DNA of 64,000 nt. Origin: Chiloscyllium plagiosum. Its lineage: Eukaryota. The notes under the pieces were generated by a model. That model searched no databases. It had not been told where the DNA came from and saw only the letters and a program-made list of their open reading frames with translations. The translations under genes were made by a program, and so were the position numbers. Shown piece after piece: positions 24,595 through 36,105 of the stretch (the first letter of the stretch is position 1; every line of letters starts with the position of its first letter). The stretch spans positions 31,848,831-31,912,830 of the forward strand of contig NC_057720.1 of assembly GCF_004010195.1 (NCBI RefSeq), written 5' to 3'.

Positions 24595-26395
24595 TATAGA
24601 GCTGTACAGCAATGGAACCAGACTCTTCGGTCCAAATCGTCCATACCAACCAGATATCCTAAATTAATCTAGTCCCATTTGCCAGCATTTGGCCCATATT
24701 CCTCGAAACTTTTCCTATTCATGTAAACCATCCAGATGCCTTTTAAATGTTGCAATTGTACAAACCTCCACCACATCCTTTAGCAGCTCATTCCATACAC
24801 ACACTATCCTCTGCATGAAAAAATTGCCCCTTACGTCCCTTCTAAATCCTTCCCCTCTCACCTTAAACCTATGCTCTCTAGTTTTGGATTCCCTTACTCT
24901 GGGGAAAATACCTTGGCTATTTACCATATCCATGCCCCTCATGATGCTCCAGGGAACATAGCCCCAGCCTATTTGGTCTCATCCTATAGCGCAACTCCTC
25001 CAACCCTGGGAACATTCTTGTAATTTTTTTCTGAGCCCTTTCAAGTTTCACAACATCTTTCATATAGCAGAGAAACCAAATTTGTATTCCAAAAGTTGCC
25101 TAACCAATCAAAGACCCTTACATCAAAGACTCCTCCCACCCCTTCAATGGTCTCCTTCAATGTCTTGCATCAGGCAGAAAATACAGAAGCTTGAACACAC
25201 AGACCAGCAGGTTCAGAAACAGCTTCTTCCCAGACATCATTAGACTGATGAATGGACTCTCTAACTTCAAATAATGTTGATCTTGCTAAAGTTGATCCTT
25301 GTACCTCCTTGTTCACAATCATCTGCCTGTACTGCTTGCAAAACAAAGCTTTTCAGTGTACATAGGTACATGTGACTACAATAAATGAAATCAAAACTAT
25401 GCTGTGCACAGCCACCACATGACCTCCCAATTCCTATACTCAATGCACTGAGCAATAAAGGCAAATGTACAATGCATCTTCTTCACTATCCTGTCTATCT
25501 GCCCAGATTTGCCTTTACAAATGCAGCACCTCACATTTATTGAAATTAAACTCTAGCTGCCACTCCTCGACTCACCTGATCAAGGTCCCATTATGCTCTG
25601 AGGTAACCATCTTCAGTGTTCACTACACCAACAATTTTGGTGTCATCTGCAAACTTATTCATCCAAGTCATATAAATGACGAAAAGCAGTGTACCCAGCA
25701 CTGATCCTTGTGGCACACCGCTGGTCACAGGCCTCCAGTCTGACAAGCAACACTCCACTACCACCCTCTGATTCCTACCTTTGAGCCAGTTTTGTATCCA
25801 AATGGCTAGTTCTCTGTATTCTATGTGATCTAACCTTGTTAACCAGTCTACTATCCAGAACCTTGTCAAATACCTTACTGAAGTCCATATAAATTGCAGC
25901 CATTGCTCTGCCCTCATCAATCCTCTTTGTTACTTCTTCAAAAAAACTCAATCAAGTTCATGAGATGTGATTTCCCACACACAAAGCAATGTTGGCTATC
26001 CATAGTCAGTCCTTGTCTTTCCAAATACATGTAAATCTTGTCCCTCAGGATTCCTTCCAACAACTTGCCCACCACTGATGTCAGACTCACCAGTGGATGG
26101 TTCCCTGTCTTATCCTTACCACCTTTCCTAAATAGTGGCACCATGTTAGCCAACCTCTGTTCTTCATCTGTGGCTATCGATGATACAAATATCTCAGCAA
26201 GGGGCCCAGCAATCACTTCCATAGCTTCCCACAGAGTTCCAGGATACACTTGATCAGTTCCTGGGGATTTATCCACCTCTGTGCATGTTAAGACGTCCAG
26301 CAGCACCACCTGTGGAATATGGACATTTTTCAAAATGTCACCATCTATTTCTCCCCATTCTATTTCTTCCATCTCTTTCTCCACAGTAAACACAT
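24595..26395 (-). mobile_element. CR1/HER1 LINE RT region to 3' end, decayed
   Basis: ORFs 25591-25920 (VTSGVPQGSVLG.LLF, KFADDTKI), 25938-26405 (KSPGTDQVYP, VSLTSVVGKLLE) and 24715-24942. Confidence 0.93.
25108..25397 (+). mobile_element. Rex1/Babar-type LINE 3' end nested in the CR1 LINE
   Basis: Translates as IKDSSHP...SGRKYRSLNT.TSRFRNSFFP.IIRLMN; tail aagcttttcagtgtac..ggtacatgtgac..aataaatgaaatcaaa. Confidence 0.75.
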
Positions 26396-26672
26396 GTCTA
26401 AGCATTTACTGTTTTAGATCAAGGTGTATAATTGAGCAAAGTTTGCATTACTTGAAGAGCCCCTCTGATTTCTGCCTTCCTGTTTTAGGGGATGGTGGGT
26501 ACATGAAGGTATGTTTAATGATTTGAGTGACTTGCTTGTGATCCTTCTATTGGATTTAGTAGCATTTTGGGCATTCTGCATATACATGTTTTATTTTGCA
26601 GAGAGACAATCTAAACCTAGTGCAGCAGGTGGCTCAAAATTGGCACTGAAATCATCAATACCTTCATGTATC

Positions 26673-26993
26673 CACCACAGCGCTAGGGACCCGGCTTCAA
26701 TTCCACCTTTGGGCAACTGTGAGTGTGGAGTTTGCACATTCTCCTTGTACGTGCATGCATTTGCTTCAGTTGCTCCAATATTTCCTACAATCCAAAGATG
26801 TGCAGGTTAGATGGATTGGCCATGCTAAATTGCCCATAGTGTCCATGGATGTGCAGACTAGGTGGATTAGCCGTGGGAAATGCAGGGTTACAGGGATGGG
26901 GTGGATATGGGTGGGATATTGTCCAGAGAGTCAGTGTGGTCTCGATGGGCTGAATGGCTCGTTTCCACACTGTAGGGATTCTATGATTCTATG
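26673..26993 (+). mobile_element. HE1-type SINE, 5' slightly truncated
   Basis: cacagcgctagggacccggcttcaattcc...gtggagtttgcacattctcc...ggattggccatgctaaattgccc...ctgtagggattctatgattctatg. Confidence 0.9.
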
Positions 26994-27110
26994 TTGATGG
27001 ATGTTTAACTTTTCTGTTGATGACAGCAGTTGCTGTGGTGATTCTTAAAACAGTGCCTGCAGGCTGTCGATGGTCAACTAGCAGACCTTGCTAGAATTTA
27101 CAGGCTGGGT

Positions 27111-27114
<4 letters not shown>

Positions 27115-27140
<26 letters not shown>
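27115..27140. repeat. (AG)n microsatellite
   Basis: About 13 perfect AG units. Confidence 0.95.
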
Positions 27141-27145
<5 letters not shown>

Positions 27146-30100
27146 TGTTTCGAGTCAAGCTTCTTCTTCTTTGTCTCTTTTTCTTCTGTTCTGTGGCCTG
27201 AAGGGAGAAAAAAACGTTTCTTAAACATAAAAAAGTGGGTTTGTTGGCTCATGATATTATCCTTTCTCACTCACTGACCAGTCATTCAAACATGATCATG
27301 GTGAGTAGATTTCAGCACCATGCTTTTTACATAATTAGATTATGACGGCAGTTTCTTTCCAAGTCAGAGTCCCAGTGTTCAAAGTGATTATATTTAATGC
27401 TTGTTACTCAACAGATGAATCACAGCTGAATGTATATTTTGTAATGGGTCAGGAGATGCTCCATGCACTGCCCTCCAAGGTAATTCTGTCTGATAGGTTT
27501 TTCTAGACAGGCTGACAATATTTTAATTGTTTTTTGGAGTTTGTAAAATATGGTCATGCAAATTGTTTGGCTTTCTTAGAAGCTGGTGTTTTTAAAGCAT
27601 TGGAATGTTGTTGTCTTTTAAAACTGAACCCGTGGTTTCAGCCTGACAAATAAATAAATTTTCAAAATCAGATGGATGTGAAACAATCCTGTCAAGATTG
27701 TCGCTGAACACTAATCCCTAATGTTGTGGTCAAAGCTTATTCATCAACCTGCGTCTCAAGACGCAGTCATTACTGTTCAGTCATTACTGTTTGAAAGAGT
27801 GTGAACTTTCTAAATTATGACAGTGCCTACTGAGTGACCTCAATTCAACCAGTGTCTACTTGGCAAAATATCTTGGGAAATCCTGAAAGATGCTACCTGA
27901 ATGCAATTCTTTCTTTTTTTTAAAATAAGAGTAGACTTCTCATGACAAACATGTAGAATGTTTTGACTGTTGCCAGAGTTCATACTAAAAGACATTTACT
28001 TGAGTGATCACAATGTCCTGACTGCCTGACTATTAAGGAGAAAAAAATCTCTTTGATCTTCCAAGAAAATTTGTTCTTTGCAGATCTGTAGAAATTTGAG
28101 AGAGATTTCTGGATCATCCATGTGTTACTACCAGGACCTAATTTCATGACAAGTTTTCACTTTGTGGTAGCATAAGTACTTTGAAAAGGAAATTGTTCAC
28201 AATGGTTTGCTTAGATCAGTTCACAATGTTGATAGAATGACATCTAGACACTCAAATCTCAGTGTTTTGAAATAGGTTATGCGTAAAGTTACATATTGCA
28301 CTGCTAGTCTATTTCTGTGTTTTTCTGTTGAGATCCGTATGTAATTCAAGAGCTTCTAAATGATTGATATTGTTAGTATTAGTTAAAAGATGGTGATCTG
28401 GCAGCATGGCATCTTTTCTCTTTTACCGCCAGCAGGAAGACATGGTGTACATCTTAATGAATCCCTTGCGTTATGCTATGAGAAGGAGAGGTATTTTGAT
28501 GTGAATGTGGTCTAGTTCATCCCATACTTGGCTTTCAATGATTAGGGAGCATGTGTCTGCCCATGAACTGAGTTAAGGATGTTGGCACAAAACTCAAATT
28601 GTTAAAACACTTGCAAATGGTGCAGTTAAGGTGTCATCCCACCATTGTAGCTTGGAAGAAGAAAGAGTAACAGATAATCTCCCAATAAAACTGCTAAAGT
28701 ATCTGCATCAGTGAAATTGAAGTGGTGATAGTTGGCAAGGGGCAAAATGTCATAACAATTCTGGAAAAGTAATCTGAATGATTAAATTTGTTACTGAGTG
28801 GTAACTGAGAATGGGGCATAGTTCTCCTGTAATATTTAAACAATCGAGTCAACTCTCTGTCTAGTTGTACATATAAATAATGGCTACCCTGTGCAAGAGT
28901 GGAGAAGTTAAAAGTAAAATGATTGATTTTAGTTTGAAGCTCAATGCATAGAATATTTTGCAACAGTTTGGGTGTTGTAAAGGAAGATGTACTAATAAAG
29001 TGGAAAAGGACAGAGATGTTTGAGGGTGTAGTCTGGTCAGCAGTGTTGAGAAGCCAAAAAAATTGATAGTCATACAGAATGCTTTAATAAATTTAAACAT
29101 TGGGTTGTATTGTCATGTGTGGGTAGAAAGAAATTGGAGGTCCTCAAAAGAGACTAATGCAAAAGGTGCAAGTGTAATTTTTGGTTAACATTTTGTTTCC
29201 GGATTTTAGATAGTGGGAAAGGCAGTAGCTGTGAGAAGAAGGATGGTTTGAAAGTAAGTTTATTTTTGAAGCAATTTTGAAGCATGTAGGAACCTAGCCA
29301 AGGAGCTATGATCAGGACACTAACAGAAGTTCGTTGGGGATTCAGGACTGTGCTTGAGTTCAGAGTGACCAGGAGCAAGGTGTTTGCAATAGCTAAATTT
29401 AGAAAGATGAGAGGGTGGAGGTCAGTAAGGGTAGAATAGATGGAGTAGTGGAGGAGTTTGTTTCAAGAGAGATGTTGGTGTGTTGAAGATTTCAGAGGAG
29501 GCAGATGCAGCAAAACGGATGGCCATCAGTTTTGACACAAAAAGTCACGAAGGTGGCAGTTTTGTTTTATTCTTCAATGGAGTGTGAGCATGGCTGGCAA
29601 AGCCAACATTTGTGTCTATGCCAGTGGCCCTTGGGAAATGGCAGTGTTGCAGTGTAATGCTTTCTGGAGGCAATGACATCTTGTTGAGGAGGAGATTACA
29701 GCTGAAAATGCAATGATTAATAATGCTATTTTGAGGTTGTTATTAGCTTGACATTTCTTCTTGCCATCATTTTGCAATTCTTTTCTCATCAGTAATGATG
29801 TAATGTATTGGAGCATTATTGTCTGATGCATTATAGAATATTATCTCTGATGATTTCATTCAGAAACACTTCTGCATGCTTTATTTCTGAAAGGCACTAA
29901 TTTAAAAATAATTTCTACTGAAACAGCGGTGTACAATCCAAAGAATCATTTTGAAAATCTCAAAATTATTGTTTTAAGATTATGACATTTAGAATTTTGT
30001 CAAAAGTGATGACTTGAGTAATGCAAGTACTGAGGAAGTCTTTGAGTGCAGTTTTTGCAGTTTTCACTGTGGAACGTAGGTGTCAGTCCTGTTAATTGCA

Positions 30101-30156
30101 TGTTATCTTTGGAGATCCAGTCAGTTTAAGAGGAGATCGTTTGGGGCTTCTGTGAC

Positions 30157-32115
30157 AGAGTCATAGAGATGTACAGCGTGGAAACAGACCCTTCGGTGCA
30201 ACCCGTCCATGCCGACCAGATATCCCAACCCAATCTAGTCCCATCTGCCAGCACCTGGCCCATTTCCCTCCAAACCCTTCCTATTCATATACGCATCCAA
30301 ATGCCTCCCAAATGTTGCAATTGTACCAGCCTCCACCACCTCCCAAATGTTGCAATTGTACCAGCCTCCACCACTTCCTCTGGCAGCTCATTCCATACAC
30401 TTACTACTCTCTGTGTGAAAATGTTGCCCTGTTGGTCTCTTTTATATTTTTCCCCTCTCACCCTAAACCTATGCCCTCTAGTTCTGGACTCCCCGACCCC
30501 AGGGAAAAGACTTTATCTATTTACCCTATCCATGCCCCTCATAATTTTGTAAACCTCTATAAGGTCACCCCTCAACTTCCGACGCTCCAGGGAAAACAGT
30601 CCCAGCCTGTTCAACCTCTCCCTATAGCTCAAATCCTCCAACCCTGGCAACATCCTTGTAAATCTTTTCTGAACCCTTTCAAGTTTCACAACATCTTTCT
30701 GATAGGAAGGAGACCAGAATTTACGCAATATTCTAATAGTGGCCTAACCAATGTCCTGTACAGCTGCAACATGACCTCCCAACTCCTATACCCAATACAC
30801 TGAGCGATAAAGGAAAGCATACCAAATGCCTTCTTCACTATCCTATCTACCTGCGACTCCACTTTCAAGGAGTTATGAACCTGCATTCCAAGGTCTCTTT
30901 GTTCAGCAACACTCCCTAGGACCTTACCATCAAGTGTATAAATCCTGCTAAGATTTGCTTTCTCAAAATGCAGCATCTCTCATTTATCTGAATTAAACTC
31001 CATCTGCCACTTCTCAGCCCATTGGCCCATCTGGTCAAGATCCTGTTGTAATCTGAGGTAAGCGCTGAAAATGTGTTGCTGGAAAAACACAGCAGGTCAG
31101 GCAGCATCCAAGGAACAGGAGAATCGACGTTTCGGGCATAAGCCTGAAGAAGGGCTTATGCCCGAAACATCGATTCTCCTGTTCCTTGGATGCTGCCTGA
31201 CCTGCTGCGCTTTTCCAGCAACACATTTTCAGCTCTGATCTCCAGCATCTGCAGTCCTCACTTTCTCCTCGTAATCTGAGGTAACCCTCTTTGCTCTCCA
31301 CTACACCTCCAATTTTGGTGTCATCAGCAAACTTACTAACTGTACCTCTTATGTTCGCATCCAAATTATTTAAAATCCCCTACCATAACTACCCTATTAT
31401 TGTTACAGATAGCTGAGATCTCCTTACAAGTTTGCTTCTCAATTTCCCTCTGACTATTGGGGGATCTGTAATACAATCCCAATAAGGGGATCATCCCTTT
31501 CTTATTTCTCAGTTCCACCCAAATATCTTCCCTGGATGTATTTCCAGGAAGATCCTCCTTCAGCACAACTGTAACACTATCCCTTATCAAAAATGCCACT
31601 CCCCCTCCTCTCTTGCCCCCCTTTCTATCCTCCTGTAGCATTTGTATCCTGGAACATTAAGTTACAAGTCCTGCCCATCCCTGAGTCATGTTTCTGTAAT
31701 TGCTATGATATTCCAGTCCCATGTTCCTAACCACGCCCTGAGTTCATCTGCCTTCCATGTTAGGCCCCTTGCATTGAAATAAATGCAGTTTAATTTATTA
31801 GTCCTACCTTGTCCCTGCCTGCCCCGACTGTTTGACTCGTTTCTGTTCTCAACTGTACCAGTCTCAGATCGATCTCTTTCCTCACTATCTCCCTGGGTCC
31901 CACACCCCCACCTTACTAGTTTAAATCCTCCCGAGCAGCTCTAGCAAATGTCCCGGCCAGTATACTAGTCCCCTTCCAATTAAAGTGCAATCCATCCTTC
32001 TTGTACAGGTCACTTCTACCCCAAAAGAGGTTCCAATGATTCAAAAATGTGAATCCTACTCACATACACCAGCTCTTCAACCATGCATTCATCTGCTCTA
32101 TCCTCCTATTCCTGT
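30157..32115 (-). mobile_element. Young HER1/CR1 LINE with a large internal deletion, a nested PLE palindrome and a 35-bp tandem duplication
   Basis: The endonuclease segment (RGGGVAFLI...GLYYRSPN...VVMVGDF, 31366-31641) abuts the RT segment (SKFADDTKIGG) at ~31365. The 3' end is at 30157. Confidence 0.93.
31062..31270. mobile_element. Palindromic PLE pLTR mini-element with hammerhead core
   Basis: Inverted arms of about 80 bp; CTGAAGA AGGGC TTAT GCCC GAAA CATC at 31144-31171; perfect 14-bp TSD gtaatctgaggtaa at 31048-31061 and 31271-31284. Confidence 0.93.
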
Positions 32116-32116
32116 G

Positions 32117-32216
32117 ATGTTATGGTAATGTCCCTATCTCTGAGCCAGGAGGCCTTCATTCATGTATCACATTCTTCAGAGCTGTGTCAAAACACATCTG
32201 AGGAGGTTGACGAAAA
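32117..32216 (+). mobile_element. Short tRNA-derived SINE-like repeat
   Basis: atggtaatgtccctatctctgagccaggaggcc...catctgaggaggttga, same family as 33531. Confidence 0.6.
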
Positions 32217-32789
32217 AGACCTCAGACGAGGCAGTATAAACCTCGTTATACTGACAAGATGGTTGGAGAGTTACAAATAGTTTGTTTTTTATGAATTGAA
32301 TTTGTTTGTTTCAACATTTTTAAAAATATGCACAGTGGTATATTAATATTATTTAAATTTTAATAAAATGTAAGAGTGTTTGTGAGAGAAATTTTAGGCC
32401 ATATCAGTTTGAGCTATGAAGAATTGTTGATTGTATGTTTGGAAATGTGGATTTGTGCATTTAACTGATGGTGTGAAATATTGGTATGTTACTGGGAGTA
32501 GTGACCTTCAGGTTATGATTTAAGGGTAAAAACAAGAAAAATACTCATATATTTAATAGCCAAATACAGTAAAGAAGTTTACTCATCCAAGTGTAGTTTT
32601 GTTACTTGTCCATTGTTTTATGTCATTTTTGGTTTGAATGAAAGGAAGAAAGTAATTGTGCTATTTCGGTGTAAGAGTCCTGTGTAAAATGTACTTGTGA
32701 CATTCTCAATTCGTTTTCTGTTGATTAGAAGTTCACTGCAGAAAACTGTCATAATGTGTTACTAACTAGCTCCTAATTAGTAGCCTGAC

Positions 32790-33400
32790 TCTGGTAATAA
32801 GGCCAATTTTGACAGTATTTGACAGGAACTTTCAAAAGTTGACTGGGGGAGGTTATTTGCAGGTGAAGGGATGGTTGGGAAGTGGGACGCCTTTAAAAAT
32901 GAGGTAACAAGAGTTCAGAGACAGTATGTTCCTGTTAGTCTGAAGGGCAAGGCTGCTAGGTGTAGAGAATACTGGAGGACCAGAGAAGTTGAGGCTATGG
33001 TCAAGAAGAAGAAGGATAGATAACTGGGATCGAGTGAATCCCCAGAGGAGTATAAAGTGAAGGAGGAGTACACTTATGAAGGAAATCAGGAGGCCAAAAA
33101 GCAGACATGAGATAGGTTTGACAAATAGAGTTAAGGAGAATCCAAAGAGATTGTATTAAGACTTAAACAGGACATTTTCACGCAGAATGTGGTACTTGTG
33201 TGGAACGAGCTGCCAAAGGAAGTGGTGTGGTGGGTATGTTTACAAAGTTTCAAAGGCATCTGGATGGGCATATGAATAGGATCTGTTTAGAGGGATTTGA
33301 GGCAAATGGTAGCATATGGGACTAGGTCAGATTGGTATGTCTGGTCAGCGCAGATATGTTGGACCTAAAGATCTGTTTCTATGCTATATGACTCTATGAC
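32790..33400 (+). mobile_element. CR1 LINE fragment with large internal deletion
   Basis: A post-endonuclease segment (aataaggccaattttgac...aaggagaatccaaagag) joins directly to the 3' end (tggaacgagctgcc...atgactctatgact). Confidence 0.8.
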
Positions 33401-33530
33401 TGGCTGATATGTGAAATAGAAACATCTCTAGAGTACAATAGAATTAGTGGAGTTTGTTTTCCTTCCAGTTAACAAGGTTAAGGGAAGACCTAACTAGGAG
33501 TGGCTTCAATAGTTTAGAGATAAAAAGGCA

Positions 33531-33657
33531 GTCGTGGTGCAGTGGTAATATCCCTACCTCTGAGTCAGGAGGCCTTGATTCAAGTCCCACCACCAGAGAT
33601 GTGTAGTAACAAGAGGTACATAATAATATTTCTGAGCAGGTTGATTAGAAAATATCT
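33531..33657 (+). mobile_element. Short tRNA-derived SINE-like repeat, best-preserved copy
   Basis: gtggtgcagtggtaatatccctacctctgagtcaggaggccttgattcaagtcccac...ggttgattagaaaatatct. Confidence 0.7.
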
Positions 33658-34004
33658 AGATTAAGGAGAAGCTGGTCCCAGAGGTGACTGAGTCAGTAAC
33701 TGAAGGACATATATTTAAATAATCGGTTGAAGAATCAGAGAAACTATACAAAGTTGAGCAGTGGGCTACATTGATCTGGTAGCAGAATCTGGAAACTGAT
33801 TCAGTAGTAACTTCTAAAAGGAAGTTGACTATTTACTTGAAATGACTTTAATTTGTAGGGCTATGGGGAAATCGTAGGAAAGGAATTCTAATTGGATATG
33901 TCTTTCAGAGACCTGGCATAGGCAATGTTTGGTACATTTGTTCATGAGATGAGGGTACTACTGGCCAGGCCAGCATTTATTGCCCATCCCTAACTGTCTG
34001 AGAG

Positions 34005-34320
34005 ATTAGATTAGATTAGATGTTTTTTGTTATGTGTACCTGAGTACAGTGAAAAGTGCACAGAGTCATCATTCTCCGGCGTCATCTTAAAATAACAGCT
34101 AGAATTAAAAACAAGCGCCAAATTTACGAAACAGAAGGAAAAGGAAAAGAAAATGAATAGGTCACCTTTGCGGCCACATGTGTCTTGAGCTGGGGTCACC
34201 AACGCCACCTGTGCTGGTCCCACCACCACTTGCCACTGCCAACATCGAAGTAGCCATGCTCTGGCGCTTTCACTTGCCGCTGGGCCCGGCTCGCCACCAC
34301 TATGTGAGCTCCCTAAGTGC
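34005..34320 (-). mobile_element. GC-rich non-coding retro-insert with Rex1/Babar-like tail, nested in an old LINE 3' end (33940-34395)
   Basis: The minus strand ends cacttttcactgtactcaggtacacataacaaaaaacatctaatctaatctaa, similar to the 25350-25397 tail. Confidence 0.5.
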
Positions 34321-34444
34321 CTGTGCTGTAGGGACACCCACAATGCTATTAGGAGTGCAGTTCCAGGATTGTGACCCAGTGATGGTGAGTGGGACAATTG
34401 ACCTAACTATATTACCAGGTTCTATCATTGTATGAAACATGTAA

Positions 34445-36105
34445 CACAATACAGTGCAGCACAGGAACAGGTCCTTTGATCCATTAAGCCTGCGCCAATT
34501 CCTAATCCTTATTTAGACCCACTGTTTATTGCTCATGTGTGGTATCTGTCCCTTTTTTTGCCTCCTGTTCAGGTGTGTTTCAATAGACACCTTAAATATT
34601 GCTAGCGTGTATGCTTACATCATCAGCAGGTATGCTGTGTGACATCTTGACCATCATCTCCTCTGCATGAAACGTTTTCCCTGTACTTCTCCCCTAAACT
34701 TTCCCCCTCTCACCTTGAACCTGTGACCTCTTGTAGTTTGCTGTTCCACTCTGGGGAAAAAGCCTCTGACTATCCACCCTATTTATGCCTCTAATAATTT
34801 TGTAGATCTTTATCAGGTCACCCCCTCAGCCTCTGCCATTCCAGTGAAAACAATGCAGGTTTATCCAATTTCTCTTCATACCTAAAACCCTCTAGAGCAG
34901 GCAGCATCCTGGTAAACCTTCGAGGCATCCCCTCCGAAGCTTCCCTGTCCTTCTGGTAGTGTAGTGACCAGAGCTGCATGTAATATTCCAAACATGGTGC
35001 AACCAAAGCTTTATACAGCTGCAAAACTACTTGCCAACTTTATATTCAATATCCTGCTGATAAAGGCAGGTGTGCTGTGTGACATCTTGACCATCTAATC
35101 CACCTGTGTTACCACTTTCAGGGACATGTGGATCAGCACAACCACATACCTCTGCATGCCAGTGCTCCTAAGAGTTCTGCTATTTATTGTATATTTCACA
35201 CCTGAATTTGATCTTCCAAAATCACCTCACATTTATCCAGACTAAACTCCATCTGCCATTTCTCTGCCCACTCTACCTACATCCCACTCTATCCTTTGAC
35301 AATCCTCATCACTATCCATGACTCTGCCAATTTTGGTGTAATCCACAAACTTACCAATCAGCCCACCTACATTTTCCTCCAGATCATTTATATATCCTAC
35401 AAACAAAGATTGTCCTAGCATGGATCCCTGCGGAACATCACTAGTTACTCATCTCCATTCCGAAAGCACCCTTCCAAAGCTACCCTCTGTCTTCTATGAC
35501 CAAGCCAGTTTTGTATCCCTTTAGCCAGCTCACCTTGGATCCCATGAGACCTTACCTTTTGTATCAGCCTGCCATGAGCTACCTTATCAAGTGCCTTACT
35601 AAAGTCCATGTACTACTGCCCTTCACTCATCAATCATTCTTCTCACCTCCTTTAAAAAGCACTATCAAGTGGGTGAGGCATGACTTTTCCCACATGCTGA
35701 CTATTACTAACAAGTCCATTCACTTAAAAATGTGAATAAATCATGTCTCTCAGTATCTTCTTCAATCGCTTCCCTGCCACTGACACCAGCCTTACCTGCC
35801 TATAATTACATGGATTATTTCTGTACCCCTTCTTAAACAAAGGAGCAACATTGGCTATTCTCCAGTCCTCTGGAATCTAGCCTGAGATCTAAGAGGACAC
35901 AAAGATATCTGTTAAGGCCCCAGCTATTTCTTCCCTTGCTTCCCACAGTATCCTGGAATAGATCCATCTGACCCTGAATGTATTTCAAACACTCAACACG
36001 TCCTCCTTCATTATGTTGACCTGCCTAGAATATTCACACACACCTTTCCCTAACCTCAACATTCCTTGTATCCCTCTCTTTGGTGAACACAGATGTAAAG
36101 TATCA
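34445..36105 (-). mobile_element. CR1-type LINE RT region to 3' end, decayed
   Basis: ORF 34818-35024 LYKALV.P.LEY...WS..Y; RT-region signatures ccaattttggtgtaatccacaaactt and ggatccctgcggaac. Confidence 0.88.
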
